Positions 1 through 12,100 are shown, numbered from the stretch's first letter. The stretch is 64,000 bases of DNA from Chiloscyllium plagiosum (GCF_004010195.1 NC_057719.1:16573532-16637531); one strand, 5' to 3'. The notes: generated from the letters alone by a model not told the origin. Numbers and translations: made by a program.

Positions 1-291
1 GCCTTCCTGACCTGTAGTCTTCTTCTTGACCTCTCCGCCTCCGTCCTACTCCGACCTATCACCCTCACCTTGACCTCTTTCCACCTATCACATTTCCAAC
101 TCCCCTCCTCCAAGTCCCTCCTCCCTACCTTTTATCTTCTCCTGCTGAACACTCTCTGCTCATTCCTGAAGAAGGGCCTGTGCCCGAAACGTCGAATCTC
201 CTGTTCCCTGGATGCTGCCTGACCTGCTGTGCTGTTCCAGCAATAAAGTTTCAACTTTGATCTCCAGCATCTGCAGACCTCACTTTCTCCT
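1..291 (+). mobile_element. Penelope-like element 3' end (family A), truncated by window start
   Basis: Pyrimidine-rich 3' region, then hammerhead motif and tail ...CAGCATCTGCAGACCTCACTTTCTCCT. Identical to 5948-6077 and homologous to the 3' end that follows a GIY-YIG C-terminus at 63227-63724. Confidence 0.8.
162..197 (+). ncRNA. Minimal type I hammerhead ribozyme motif (PLE family A)
   Basis: attc-CTGAAGA-A-GGGC(ctgt)GCCC-GAAA-CG-TC^gaat: conserved core boxes, 4-bp helix II, 4-bp helix I (ATTC/GAAT), palindromic ACGT in place of helix III. Confidence 0.75.
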
Positions 292-537
292 GGATAAGCC
301 AAACCCCCACAACTTGCGTTGTGTGTTCTGTCACAGTGCACTGCAATCCAGAGTACCCATCATGCAAGCCCGATTTCAAATAGATTACATGTTGCTTGAC
401 TGCACTGTGAGTATGCAACACTTTAAATGTGTATTTTAAATCTGCTGTTTATAGAAGTGGTACAACTGACCTGGTTGACCCTTGCTTGGCTAAGAGATAT
501 AATAGAGAAATGCCACAGACCCAAATTAATGATCATG

Positions 538-829
538 TTAGATTAGATTCCCTGCAGTGTGGAAACAGGCCCTTTGGCCCAACAAGTCCACACTGACCTG
601 CCAAAGAGTAACCCATCCCCCTCTGACTAATGCACCTGACACAATGGGCAATTTAGAATGGCCAATTCACCTGACCTGCACATCTTTAGACTGTGGGAGG
701 AAACCAAAGCAAACCCATACAGACACAAGGAGAATGTGCAAACTCCACACAGTCACCCAAGGCTGGAATTGAACCTGAGTCCCTGGTGCTGTGAGGCAGC
801 AGTGCTAACTACTGATCCACTGTACCACC
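538..829 (-). mobile_element. HE1-type tRNA-derived V-SINE
   Basis: Reverse complement has the GGTTAGCACTGCTGCCTCACAGC-like head, GTGGAGTTTGCACATTCTCC core and CCTGTTTCCACACTG...(AATCT)n tail. Confidence 0.9.
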
Positions 830-847
830 TAAGAGATTGCGCTTCAG

Positions 848-919
848 GGAGCCTGACACAATTTGATCTCACAACCTTCTGCTCTGGAGTCAGACGCGTT
901 ACCACTGCACCACAAACCC
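848..919 (-). pseudogene. tRNA-Trp(CCA)-derived pseudogene
   Basis: Reverse complement GGGTTTGTGGTGCAGTGGTAACGCGTCTGACTCCAGAGCAGAAGGTTGTGAGATCAAATTGTGTCAGGCTCC aligns without gaps to the 72-nt vertebrate tRNA-Trp(CCA) as recalled. T-arm and B-box are mutated. Confidence 0.75.
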
Positions 920-1239
920 ACATGTTAAATCACAAAGTTTTGTCTCCAATGCTTGGCTCTCAAGCTCTCACAATGCCTTGCCCTAACATGGAAGGTCATT
1001 CTTTGCAGAACCTCAGTCACCAGAATTGCCTCGTGTTTCTTACCATTTGACAGATCTGCTTCAGGATAATTTGCATTTATTTTTTATTCATTTGAAGAGC
1101 GGGGTCTCCAAAGTGCTTAATATGTACTTCCAACTGTTACCTCCATTGTCATTCTGTTAACCTGAGTTCAGAGCTAGCAATATATAGTCCCATGTAATAA
1201 TGCAAATAAGCTAGGCAGAGGAGTTGGACACTAGAAGTA

Positions 1240-1362
1240 ATGGTGAGTTAATGGTGTGCTATTGACTATTCAAATCAGGAAGATGCATTGTTTATCCCAT
1301 GCCTGAGTTGAGTTAGCCATTCTTGGCCTCAGAGACTGGAGAGGCAACAATTGCCTTCCTGA
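1240..1362 (+). mobile_element. Ancient degenerate SINE fragment (AmnSINE2-like)
   Basis: Weak recalled similarity: CAGGAAG...TGAGTTAGC...ACAATTGCCTTC. A similar stretch lies near 35520-35720. Confidence 0.3.
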
Positions 1363-1404
1363 TAATAAAAAAGTAGAAAATAAACCAAAGAAAATAGCTT
1401 CGCC

Positions 1405-1880
1405 ATCTAACTCAGTACAGTATTCCTGCTTTCTGTCCATACTCTTTGATCCCTTTAGGCCTAAAAATTATATCGAACTCCTTCTTGAAAATATTCAATG
1501 TTTTGGTCTCAACTGCTTTCCATGATAGAGAATTCCACAGGCTGACCATTCTCTGAAGAAATTCCTCCTCATCTCAGTCCTAAATGACCTACTGTGTATC
1601 CTTAGACTGTCACCCCTGATTCTGGACTCTCCAATCATCAGAAATATCTAACCTGCATTCACCTGATATAGCCCTGTTAGGTTTCTGCGTGACTCTCCTA
1701 ATTTTTCTAAACTCCAGTGACTATAATCCTAACTGATGCAGTCTCTCTCCATGAATCATTCTTGCCATCTCAGGAATTAGTCTCGTTAACATCTGTTAAA
1801 CTCACTCCATAGCCAGATTGTCCCTCAGATAAGGAAACCAAGCTACACATATGACTCCAGATGTAGTCTCACCATAGCTT
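1405..1880 (-). mobile_element. CR1-type LINE 3' fragment, degenerate
   Basis: Typical CR1 ORF2 C-terminal/3'UTR sequence (TTCCTCCTCATCTCAGTCCTAAATG, ACTCCAGATGTAGTCTCACC), homologous to 23270-23710. Confidence 0.8.
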
Positions 1881-2715
1881 CTGATGAACTGTTCGATATG
1901 TCCCACTTAATATCTTGTAAACTTTGATCAAGTTAGCCCTGACCTTTCTAAAGTCCAAACTACCTTAGTTTGTAGTATCAATCTTTACATTTATCTGAGG
2001 GGGCCAATCAGACTCCTTTAACATCTTAGCTGAAAGACAGTACCTCGGAAAGTGCTGCACTCATTCAGTACTGCATTCCACCCAGTAATAAACGCAGCAA
2101 CAGCATCTTCAAGCTAGCCAGAGGAGGAACAAAATTCAGTGGGGTTCCTACTCTGCTGTGCAGTGATCAAGGCAGCAGAACTAAACAATAAATCAATGTC
2201 TTGCTGAAGTAATCCTTGTGCTATAACAGGAGTTGGTAAAGGCAGTCTCACATGCTCCCAAGGTTTGCAGCCTGATTTGACTGATCTGCTGCAGTTCCCT
2301 CCACTGCTGAAGCATTTGCTCACTGCTAGCTATGAACAAACATGAACGCTGACGGTCTGCTTTGGTGGTGGCAGGATCCGTCACTTCCTTTCCCTGGATG
2401 AGTCAACACATACAAAGGAGAGGCAGGAGTAAGAGTAGTTTCAGATTGGTAAATGGAAAAAAGAACCATGTATTCAGAAGGGAAATAATTGCGTTTCTGT
2501 GTGGAAAATGTTAATGTTTGTGTCTATTGAGAATGATGTAGGGATGGGTATAGCATCTCTTTGGTCGCCTGTCTGTTGATGAAAAGTGTAATCTGATTAG
2601 CACCAAGAATCCAGAGCATGTACAGACTTCCTGCTTTTCTTTATCGTCTTCATGACAATTCCCAGCTATCTACACTACCTTACAATGTCCCTTTTGCTGA
2701 AATTACTTCATTTTA

Positions 2716-2979
2716 AAGAAACAAAGAAAATTTACAGCCCAGGAACAGGACCTTCGGCCCTCCAAGTCTGAGCCGATCCAAATCTATTGTCTAAACCTAT
2801 CGCCCAATTCCTAAGCATCTATATTCCTCTGCTCCCCACCTACTCATGCATCTGTCCAGACACTCCTTAAATGAATCTACCATGCCTGCCTCTACTACCT
2901 CTGCTGGCAACGCGTTCCAGGCACCTACCGCCCTATGTGTAAAGTACTTGCCATGTATATCCCCCTTAAACTTTTCACG
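2716..2979 (-). mobile_element. CR1 LINE 3' end (same family as 50556-55862)
   Basis: Reverse complement matches 55594-55860, including the GCCTGTTCCTGGGCTGTAA-like end and (TTTGTTTC)n-like tail. Confidence 0.85.
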
Positions 2980-3011
2980 TTTTAAAATGGAATAGGTCTA
3001 GTGACAGCTTC

Positions 3012-3104
3012 AAAATCAGGAACTGCTGGAAAAGCTTAGCCTGGCAGCATCTGTGGAGAGAAAGCAGAGTTAACATTTTGGGTCCAGTGACCCTTCCTCA
3101 GAAC
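3012..3104 (-). mobile_element. PLE family D terminal fragment with decayed hammerhead
   Basis: Reverse complement gtt-CTGAGGA-A-GGGTC(actg)GACCC-AAAA-TG-TT-aac, then CTCTCCACAGATGCTGCCAG. Homologous to the terminus of the RT-bearing PLE at 55863-57610. Confidence 0.75.
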
Positions 3105-3190
3105 CCTCAGGCAACTTATAGACAAAGTCCTAACAACTGAAAAGGTAGTCTTGACTCTAGTCCATGAGGAGTTATACATCCATTTTTAAG

Positions 3191-3345
3191 ATGTGGAGGA
3201 GCCAGAGTTGGACTGGAGTGGACAAATTTATAAATCACACAACACCAGGATATAGTCCAACATATTTATTTGGAAGCAGTAGCTTTTGGACCACTCCAAA
3301 TAAACCTGTTGAACTATAACCTGGTGTTGTGTGATTTTTAACTTT
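3191..3345. mobile_element. Fold-back PLE family B mini-insertion
   Basis: Inverted arms AAATCACACAACACCAGG...TTTATTTGGA / TCCAAATAAA...CCTGGTGTTGTGTGATTT. Tail on the left arm. Imperfect 13-bp TSD at 3178-3190 / 3346-3358 (11/13). Confidence 0.8.
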
Positions 3346-5149
3346 ATCCTTTATTAAGTTTTTGTTTTGCAGATTTATGTTCTCAATACCAAGTTGAAAA
3401 TAAGCTTTGATTGATTTTTGCATTACAGTTGCTCTGCTGTAACGTGCGTTTCATCAGTACAACTTGGCCATAAACCGATTGATGAATTGTTTGGATAGTA
3501 CAAACTTTCCACTGAATGAGTACAGCAATTTTCTATTAGCGATCTTCTACAGTGTGATTTTCTATAGCACAAGGTTACAGAGGAACACAACTGTCATTTT
3601 ATAGCAGAATGACCTAATGTGCATTTTTACTTGGCACATTTGCCATTTTGTCAATTCAAGAGAATATGCTCCCTCTTTTGTTTCATTGTGTCAACTTTTG
3701 TTCATGCAACAGGAAGACTCAGAGGCTACTGCCCATAAAGTTTTGTCTGTGCAATTTTATAATATCTATTGATTGTGGTGTCTGGCAGAAGCAACTATCA
3801 TGGATTTCCTGTGGCTGCTCACTATATTATTCTTGCTTAATCAATAAAATGTTTGCAGAAAATTCCACAATAATTCCTGTTGATTCACTCATTGAGATCA
3901 GACATAACATAATCCCCTTAAACATTAGTTATTATTAACAATTGATATTATTGGCAGTAAATCCTTTGGGTCTGTGATAAATAGTAATATTTTTGTTGTG
4001 TGTTTACATGTCTCAGGAGAAAGACTGAACTGATACAGCCGGAGTTGTAAATTGATAAATACATTTCAGGTTGCAGGGTTATGAAACCTTAAATCATCAG
4101 CATATATCCGACAGTATGTAAACTTGTGAATTTAGTGTCCTTACTTTATTACAGCTTACATTTATCTTTAACTTTTAAAATGTTTGTTGAAATTCTGCCT
4201 TAGTTGTGTTCTGGTAGCACAGGGCCTGAGTAATACACTAAGTGAGCCATTGACTTTTTTTTTAGCTTTGGTACTAAGGTTCAGGTCCAGGTTGAAATAG
4301 TGGTTACTGATATCTTTGTCTCCTTTTAGGAAATGATCATCTTGTCTTTAATATTTGTCCAATGTTTAGTGTGTAGCCAAAGCCTCCCTGAATTTGACAT
4401 TAGCATGACCATCTCAATCAGACAGTCTTTAAGGATAGCTGAAAGATGAGGAATGCTCATTTAAGGGTTCGACTAGAGCAGAGATCGAGGGAGCTTTACT
4501 TCTTGCTGTCCTGAATGTTTCTTTCCTGGGAATTGATGGATACTGAGGCTGTGTGTAAAGTTCCCAGCATCAACATCCCTCACTGAGTGCAGCATTTTGC
4601 AAAGCAAGTTTGTCCTGTTATTTCAGGAATTCTGGCTTCTCAGTCAAATTGCCATTGAGTGATCATACCCTAGACAAGAACAGTAGCTCCCAGCTAACAT
4701 TGACAGGAATCATCGATGCTCAGATCATAAAACAGTCCTCGAGGTAATCCTGACATTCCTGATGGTATAGTAAATCCAGCTCGTCACTGAGTCTCACAGG
4801 TTGTTGAAACACCTCCTGGTTGATGCTGCGTACAGGCAGCCGTTGACTGTGGATGTAAACAAAGTGTTGTGTGGATGTTGGTCTTCACTGTGATGACACT
4901 CTCCCAACCCGTGGTGGCATGTGACCACTAACGAACCTTTGGGTGTAAAGTAACCAATTGGATGAGATACAAGGCTGAGGAATCAACTGCAAACAAGAGT
5001 TTATGGCTTTGGAAGGAGAGGAGACACAAACTGCTTCAAAAGAATATTAATTTGAACCACAGTAAAACACGTCCACTACCTCTTGTGAACTTTGAGCACT
5101 TAGCATATCCCTGAAACTACTTGGTGACATTACTGAATCCTGTCATTTC

Positions 5150-5400
5150 AAAGCCCAGGAGCAGGCCATGCAGCCTTTCCAGCTGCTTCCAATTTCCAAG
5201 TGACTGATCTTTCTTTATCTTTGTTCCTTTTACCTGACTTAACTCAATATTTTCTAAACTACTACCCACCAGAAATTTCTCAATTTGTGTCTCAAACGTT
5301 TCAATTAACAGCATCCACAGCCTTTGCAGGAGAGTGCTACGCGTTGCCTTCTGTGTACTAATGTGTTTCGTGGCTGCTCTCATGAATGGCCATACTCCAA
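5150..5400 (-). mobile_element. Degenerate CR1 3' end
   Basis: GGAGCAGGCCATGCAGCC...ATCCACAGCCTTTGCAGGAGAG resembles other CR1 3' ends in the window. Confidence 0.55.
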
Positions 5401-5746
5401 TTCAAAAATTGGCCTGCTCTTCCACGTAAAATCTGCGTTTACTTGAGAAACTCGACAAGGACCAAATCCAGGCAGAATGCAGGGAGCTGCTCTTAAACCA
5501 GCTGAGTCAACTTGGGTCGAGTGTGTAACAGTGCTGCTTCATACGTTGTTTACAAGAATGTACATGTAGAACCACTATTTCTGTTACTCGCTTGTGGGAA
5601 TCTAACTGATCTGTTTCAAAGATGGGACACCCTGTTGGTTTGTGACATTTCCTACATGACACCAAATCATCCTGCTGTCAGCCTTCCAAAGTGAGTGAAA
5701 ATTAATTGAAGAGTGACGATGAGTGTAGGTTAATGGGACATATTAC

Positions 5747-5819
5747 AGCTGGCTAGGTCAGGTGCATTGTATACGAGATTCTGAAAGTCCAAGGTGTGGG
5801 TTTGAGCCCCGTGTTAAAC
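5747..5819 (+). pseudogene. Highly degenerate tRNA-Lys-like sequence or SINE head
   Basis: GCTGGCTAGGTCAG (A-box-like) ... GAGATTCT ... GTGGGTTTGAGCCCC (B-box-like), spaced as in tRNA-Lys. Confidence 0.3.
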
Positions 5820-5859
5820 TCCTGTTATTTGAGGAGCTGCTGTGATGTAGTGGTAGTAT

Positions 5860-6077
5860 GTTGAAACTTTATTGCTGGAACAGCACAGCAGGTCAGGCAG
5901 CATCCAGGGAACAGGAGATTCGACGTTTCGGACACAGGCCCTTCTTCATTCCTGAAGAAGGGCCTGTGCCCGAAACGTCGAATCTCCTGTTCCCTGGATG
6001 CTGCCTGACCTGCTGTGCTGTTCCAGCAATAAAGTTTCAACTTTGATCTCCAGCATCTGCAGACCTCACTTTCTCCT
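5860..6077. mobile_element. Fold-back PLE family A mini-insertion
   Basis: 89-bp inverted arms 5860-5948 and 5953-6041 (1 mismatch), 36-nt tail 6042-6077, exact 14-bp TSD TGTAGTGGTAGTAT at 5846-5859 / 6078-6091. Confidence 0.92.
5948..5983 (+). ncRNA. Minimal hammerhead ribozyme motif (family A)
   Basis: Identical to 162-197. Confidence 0.75.
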
Positions 6078-7781
6078 TGTAGTGGTAGTATCCCAGCCTT
6101 GGGCCCAGAAGGTCTGGATTCAAGTCCTACCTTCTATGAAGGTGTGTCTGAACAGGCTGATTTAATTTTATTATTAAACAGGGCACCTTGGAAGAAATGT
6201 TGGGTGTTTTATATGAAAGAAAAGGAAATTGACATATGTGTGAATTGAATGTTCCTTCCTCTCTTTCATCTTTCCCACCTTGTTCATTCTTATTACTTTT
6301 TCTGCCAGAAAAATCACAAATTGGTCTCAGAATTTAATCTCCTCGTGGCCGAAAGAGTTCACATTGTGCTAGATTTACAATGAAACATCAAGGCCAATTG
6401 GATACAATATTGGTTATGTATTGTAGGAACCACCTGCTCCCAGTTAAAGGCAGTATTCAGTGCATTATTGCCTGCTCAGCTTTACTTTTCAGATGCCACA
6501 CGTCTCTCAGAGAAAGAAGTAGATTATTTAGGACTGAGATGAGATGTTTCTTCAGTCAGATGATGGTCAATCTTTGGAATTTCTAACTTGGAGTACTTTG
6601 GAGACTCAGCCATGGTGTATATTCAAATCTGATCCTGGATATTAAAGTTATCAAGGGCAGCATTCCCTCTAAGCCGTGCAATCTCTGGGAAGCTCCATTC
6701 ATGCAGGTCAGTGAATCATTATGTAGTTTGTGCTTGTGGAAGTTGCTACCAAGCGGATCTTAGAGCTCTAAGCAGCAGCAGGAATTGGAGAAAAGTGGTT
6801 CAATGGGTATGGGTTTCAAGCTGGATCAATATCTGCCAGGAAAGAAATGACATTTGGAGTGGAATCTCCCTTCAAATAAACATTGAAAACGGCTATGGCA
6901 AATGGTGCTTTGCAAAGCATTACCACGTGTTCTGATTGAACTGTATGTGTTTCCTATTTTCTTTCAGATTTCCAGCTTTGCAGCTTTTTGTCTGTTATTT
7001 GAAAAAGAGTTGGGACATTGTGCGCATTAAATGTTTTCTGTGAAACATTGACTTCCAGGCCTGCATGGATTTTCAGACAGAGTTGGTGCCCTGCTTAAAT
7101 TGACATTGAACCCTGTCTCTGGAAGTTGCAATAAATATGCAAACAAAATAATGGCACTGTGAAAAGAAGACCAATCCTTTTTCTTAACAGGCAGGAGGAG
7201 TGATTCATCCACTTGTTGGTTTGTGTAAGGGGAGTGGTAACTCTTCAGGGAATTCTGGAAGCTTATAGCCATTTCCTCACGGTTTTTGATGAACAAATAC
7301 TATCTGATGACTCTTTTATATCTGAGGGCTGAAGTTGAAGTTAAAGGATGTGATCCCCCAGTGTTTTCAATTACTAGGCTGCCAAAACTCATCTCTGACT
7401 GAGTAACTGAAAATAGAAACACGCTTTGGCGTTTCTCAGTTCCCTGGGAGCCCATAGAATTGATGGCACCAATTCCAGAGAGAGAAAAAATTGAAGTGAT
7501 GGCTTCAAAATCTGATCAAAAAAATCATTGTTGTTTTAGCATGACTTTATCCCTCTTGTTACATCCTCCAATCAATGACCTTTAAAAAAGTCTTGTGCTA
7601 CACTCATACCCCTCACACCCGACAAGGGCAGTTTATTCAGCTTCTTGAGATTATATGGAAATGGATTTGACAAGGGTGTGGGCTTAGACATATCTGACTA
7701 AGACTTGCATCATGAGTAGATATGGTGGAGTTGCTGAGTTTTTTTTCTGCTCATTGTCATGTAGTCATCTGTTTGAAGCCC

Positions 7782-7782
<1 letters not shown>

Positions 7783-7821
<39 letters not shown>

Positions 7822-8043
7822 GTGTCTCCCTCTCTGCCTCTCTCACTTTCTTTCTATCTCTCTATCTGTTTATCCAGCTGTCTATATCTCTTTCTCTCTC
7901 TCTCTCTCCCCCCCTCTCTGTCTCCCTCTCTGCCTCTCTCACTTTCTTTCTATCTCTCTATCTGTTTATCCAGCTGTCTATATCTCTTTCTCTCTCTCTC
8001 TCTCCCCCCCTCTCTCCCCTCTCTCTCTCTCTCTCTCTCTCTC
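7783..8043. repeat. (CT)n-rich microsatellite containing a ~96-bp tandem duplication
   Basis: Unit TGTCTCCCTCTCTGCCTCTCTCACTTTC...CCAGCTGTCTATATCTC starts at 7823 and again at 7919. Confidence 0.95.
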
Positions 8044-8169
8044 ATGCTCTCGCACACTATTTTTTCCCCAAGCTTATCATGGCGATGATACAAGTTATTT
8101 ACTCCCTCCTTCCAGGATCTAAACAGTAACTTGTGTAGTGTCTTTACTGTAATTAAACACAGAGGGATA

Positions 8170-8525
8170 TTGACAGCTTGGTTGGGTGGGCACAGACTTG
8201 GCAGATGGAATACATGCGAAGTTATAAAGTTTGACGGGGAGAATGGATTGAGCTGAATGTTATTTAAATGGGGAAGGACTGCAGAAAGCTGCAGCACCCT
8301 CGTACATGAATCACAAAAAGCTAGTATCTAAGGGAAGGGAAATGGACTGGTGGCCTTTATTTCAAAGTGAATGATGTCTAAAAACAGGGAGGTCTTGCTA
8401 AACTATAAAAGACACTGGTCAAACCACATCTGGAATATGTAAACAGTTTTGGTTTCCTTATCAAAGGAAAGATAACTACATTGAAGGCCATTCAAAGGAG
8501 GGTTACTAGGTTGATTCAAATAGGT
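8170..8525 (+). mobile_element. CR1 RT-region fragment, degenerate
   Basis: GGCAGATGGAAT...GGTCAAACCACATCTGGAATAT (VRPHLEY-like)...GGGTTACTAGGTTGATT. Confidence 0.75.
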
Positions 8526-9170
8526 TGACCTATGCTTGGACTACATGCACATCTCTTACATTGATTATTCACGTTCCATGTGCTTAATGTCAGATCGGCA
8601 GAAATATCACAGAATATCTTGTACAGCTGACAGAGGCTTTCCAGCTCCTCTGCCTTTTCGTGGAGCCCAACATCACAGCTACATGATCCTAATTCTTTCC
8701 GTTGTGAGCAACCTCTTGCAGTCTATGCATTATATTCATCTACCTCCCTCTAGTCAAGATGCCTCCTCAGAATATGTTCTTCACTCTTTCTTGGTTTTAT
8801 GAGAGATGAGTGCTCATTGTCTGGTAACACAATGGAACTTGTGTCTTCTAAATGATTTACTTATGGACTTACATTTTCAATGGGTTTATTTTAACCTGTC
8901 ACGTTGGATTTGGATTATTCAGGTTTTGGATCTAAACTGCTTTGCCCGTTGAATTTGTTTTCTGGCCAATGAAGAAAAAAAAGCCTTCATTCCCTCGGTT
9001 GAGGATGGATTTGAGTTTCGTTTGCAGCAGCTGGAAGGAAAGTGTGCTATCTTACGGTAATACCAAGACACTGCACCGGCCTTCAATCAAAGCAATTTTG
9101 ACAATTCAACATCTCTTATTCACAACTGGTTTGTCTGGGGTAATGGACTTCACTTATACACAATGCAAAT

Positions 9171-9493
9171 GGGGTGGTACGGTGGCTCAATGGTTAGCAC
9201 TGTAGCCTCACAGCACCAGAGACCCAGGTTTGATTCCAGCCTTGGGCGACTGTCTGTATGGAATTTGCACATTCTCCCCGTGTCTGTGTGGGTTTCCTCT
9301 CGGTGCTCTGATTTCTTCCCATAATCAAAAGATGTGTAGGTCAGGTGAATTGGCTATGCTAAACTGCCTGTAGTCTTAGATAGGGGTACATATAGAGTAG
9401 GGGAATGGATCTGGGTAGGTTAGTCTCCGGAGGGTTGGTGTGGACTTGTTGGGCCAAAAGGCCTGTTTCCACACTGTCGGGAATCTAATAATC
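9171..9493 (+). mobile_element. HE1-type V-SINE
   Basis: Full head, core and GCCTGTTTCCACACTG...AATCTAA tail. Confidence 0.9.
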
Positions 9494-11363
9494 AAAAGTG
9501 CAGGATGAACGGCAATAACTTTCATTTATATGCACCCTCTAATGTATTAAAACACACCAAGGCACTTTACAAGAGTTTTCACAGAATGATTCATTAGAAC
9601 AGATGGCCAAAGATTTGGTCAAATGGTGTAGGAAATGAGGAAACAGTTTCCTGGACTTAAGGAGAATGATGGAGGAGAGCTTCATCATGAGCAGCAGCTC
9701 ATATGGCGTAGAGAGTTGACATGCCCATATGTAACAGTGCCTCCTCATTAGTTCTTCTTCAGGTTGCCTTGAGCTGATTCCTAGATTCCCACATCTGTGT
9801 TATTTGGAGTGTACTGTGGCCCCCTCACCTGCACCCTAAAAACCCCACCCCAAAAATCCAAGGTGGTTTAGACCATACAGCACAGCTGAGCAGGGGAGAA
9901 TGTGAGCTGCAGTCACTCAAGAGTTAAAAAGGCTTTGTGCTTTGCGAATCAAACTGTACAACCACACAATTCTGATGAGATATTCCCAGAAAAATGTTTG
10001 TAAATTGTCATGTGTTGCAAGGGTAATACACAAATTTAGCTTGAGTTCTGACGTACACTTAACTCCTTCTGATTTGAAGAAGCAGGTAAGTGAGTTGCTA
10101 GGAAACCTATCACATGAAATCAAACCCAATTTGCATGTACAACAAACAGGAGGCTTAGCAGGTCCAATCAAGTCCACTCTTGCACCGTAAATAAATCAGC
10201 AGCAGACAATCTAAATCATCAAAGGTTCGTGCAGAGTATTAGGAATCTGCAAAAGGATAATCTTTATTCCAGACTGCGTCTCCTTTGCAAATTAATGCGA
10301 CCTTCACTATTAAGGGTTTGGGCAGCATTATCCAAGCAGAATTCAACTTTAATGAGGCCAGTTAAATATTCTGTATATTCAACGATTTGAGTGTTCTGTC
10401 CATCCCACACCCCCCTTGCTGTATTCAGCATTGCGACTCGGGCAGTACGGTTGTCAATAACAGGTGCTGGAAATCTGAAATCAAAATGAAAAATACTAGA
10501 AACACTCAGCAGGCTTGTTCAGAAAAACAGAGGACTAATGAAAAGCCTGAGCTCTTTAAGAGGTGTGGATACTTGTAAATAGAGAGAGAAAGAATGCATT
10601 ATTTTTCCTCCAGCTGATTTACTCCCCTCCTGATGGGATATAGAACTACATAAATGTTACACAGGAGATGAGATAGTCAAATCCCCTACAATTTCCACCA
10701 ATATAGGGTAATTGCATTAAATGTGGGGCAATTGGGCATTGAGTCATACTGTCACCCCCTGATTTCCCTAAAACCCCTACTACTTGTTGCCCTGTTCCAC
10801 ACATTCTGGCAAGGATTGGGACCATTCTCTATTTTCTTATAACCCATTTCTTCCTGACAAGTCAATCAGAAGCCCCACCTGGGTTGTCATATTGGAGGGG
10901 TTCAGGTTAGCGGCAGTAAAGGGTTTAAGGTCTGTAATTGTAGATGAGAGTCAAGTGAAAGCCTTTGGGTTTTTCAGTTCTCTGGCCCACCCGCTCATAG
11001 ATACACACACCCCATGACCTGCACATCCTGCGTGCACTCACACACCTGCACCCACACACACTATCTGTTATTTCTGTTTAGGCCTTCAAGGCTCCTACCC
11101 CATTGACTCCTACTGAACTCTTATTTAACAGCTGACTGCCTTCTTCACGATGGTTTCAGCAGGATATTGGAGGAGGTTGGGGGAGATGAGAGTTCCTTTG
11201 TAAGATGGGAGGAAGCCTGTTAAAATACAGCTGTGCACCTTTAATGAACTCTGACCCTTGCCATTGTGACAGGGAAGGGGAAGCAGACAAAAACAAATGT
11301 CGCTACTCTGTCAGAAATAAGACCCAGGTGAAGCAATCAAGTTTCATACATCCTTATTCAATA

Positions 11364-11600
11364 GGGGTGGCAGAATGGCACAGTGGTTGGCACTCCTATC
11401 TCACAGTAACAGGAACCTAGGTTTGATTCCAGCTTGGCTGATTGTCTGTGTGGAGTTTGTATGTTCCTACCAGGTGCTCTGGTTTCCTCCCATAGTCCAA
11501 AGGCGTACAGGATTCTGTGGCACCCCTATTAGCAAGCTGGATGCAGACACCTTGGATGACTGGGATTAGAATAGTGATGTGGTTGTTTTTGATGAGTGCA
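11364..11600 (+). mobile_element. Degenerate HE1-related SINE
   Basis: TGGCACAGTGGTTGGCACT head, TGTCTGTGTGGAGTTTG core, GCAGACTCAATGGGCT tail remnant. Confidence 0.7.
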
Positions 11601-11741
11601 GACTCAATGGGCTAAAGACCGTAATGATTTCCTGTTTACTCTTAACTCACCCTAAAGCTAATGCCAGTTGCGAGGCTGAAACTCTTTGTGATCGACGAGC
11701 CCATCTGCTTTGTATGACTTTCCTGCAAAACAGCAGCATAT

Positions 11742-12100
11742 AATCTAGGCTGGCTGCCCAGTGTGATGATGAGACAGTGCTACACTGGAGGTGTCAGAGA
11801 TTTAAGGTCATGGGCTAAACAAAGACTGTCAAATGTAAACAAAACGTAAACTGTCCCAAGGTACTATTTTGAAGATGAGTAGAGGAGTTCTCCCTGGTGT
11901 CCTGGGCAATATTTCTCTCTCAAACAACATTACTAAAGAAACGAGATATCTGATCAACGTCACTTTGCTGTTTGTGGGAGGTAACTGTTGTGCAAACTTG
12001 ACTGCTGTGTTCCCTCCATCACAACAGTAATCACTCTCCATTCATTGTGGAGCTTTAAGATATCCTGAGGACATGCAAGATGAATATATAAATGAAATTC
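11742..12100 (+). mobile_element. DeuSINE (SacSINE1-like)
   Basis: CTATTTTGAAGA...GGAGTTCTCCCTGGTGTCCTGGGCAATATTT...GCTGTTTGTGGGAG Deu-domain-like sequence with an L2-like tail. Confidence 0.7.

Larger units (their letters stand above)
5835..6170 (+). mobile_element. Short tRNA-derived SINE split by a PLE insertion
   Basis: Removing 5860-6091 gives GTGATGTAGTGGTAGTATCCCAGCCTTGGGCCCAGAAGGTCTGGATTCAAGTCCTACC...GGTGTGTCTGAACAGGCTGATT, homologous to 19327-19441(-) and 30808-30922(+). Confidence 0.65.

Noticed and set aside
557..1050. Recurrent MAQWLALLPHS and MANSPDLHIF ORFs here and at other sites
   Set aside because: They are open frames within HE1 SINEs.
5860..6077. MITE or CRISPR interpretation of the short palindromic elements
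   Set aside because: Asymmetric tails, 12-18 bp duplications, hammerhead motifs and homology to GIY-YIG-bearing termini indicate PLE origin. There is no regular repeat-spacer array.
6658..6770. Possible hAT-type MITE (CAGCATTCCCTCTAAG ... CTTAGAG)
   Set aside because: Only 7 bp of inverted match and no 8-bp TSD found.
7712..8297. Several 88-136 aa ORFs
   Set aside because: They are translations of the (CT)n microsatellite (poly-SL or RE), not genes.
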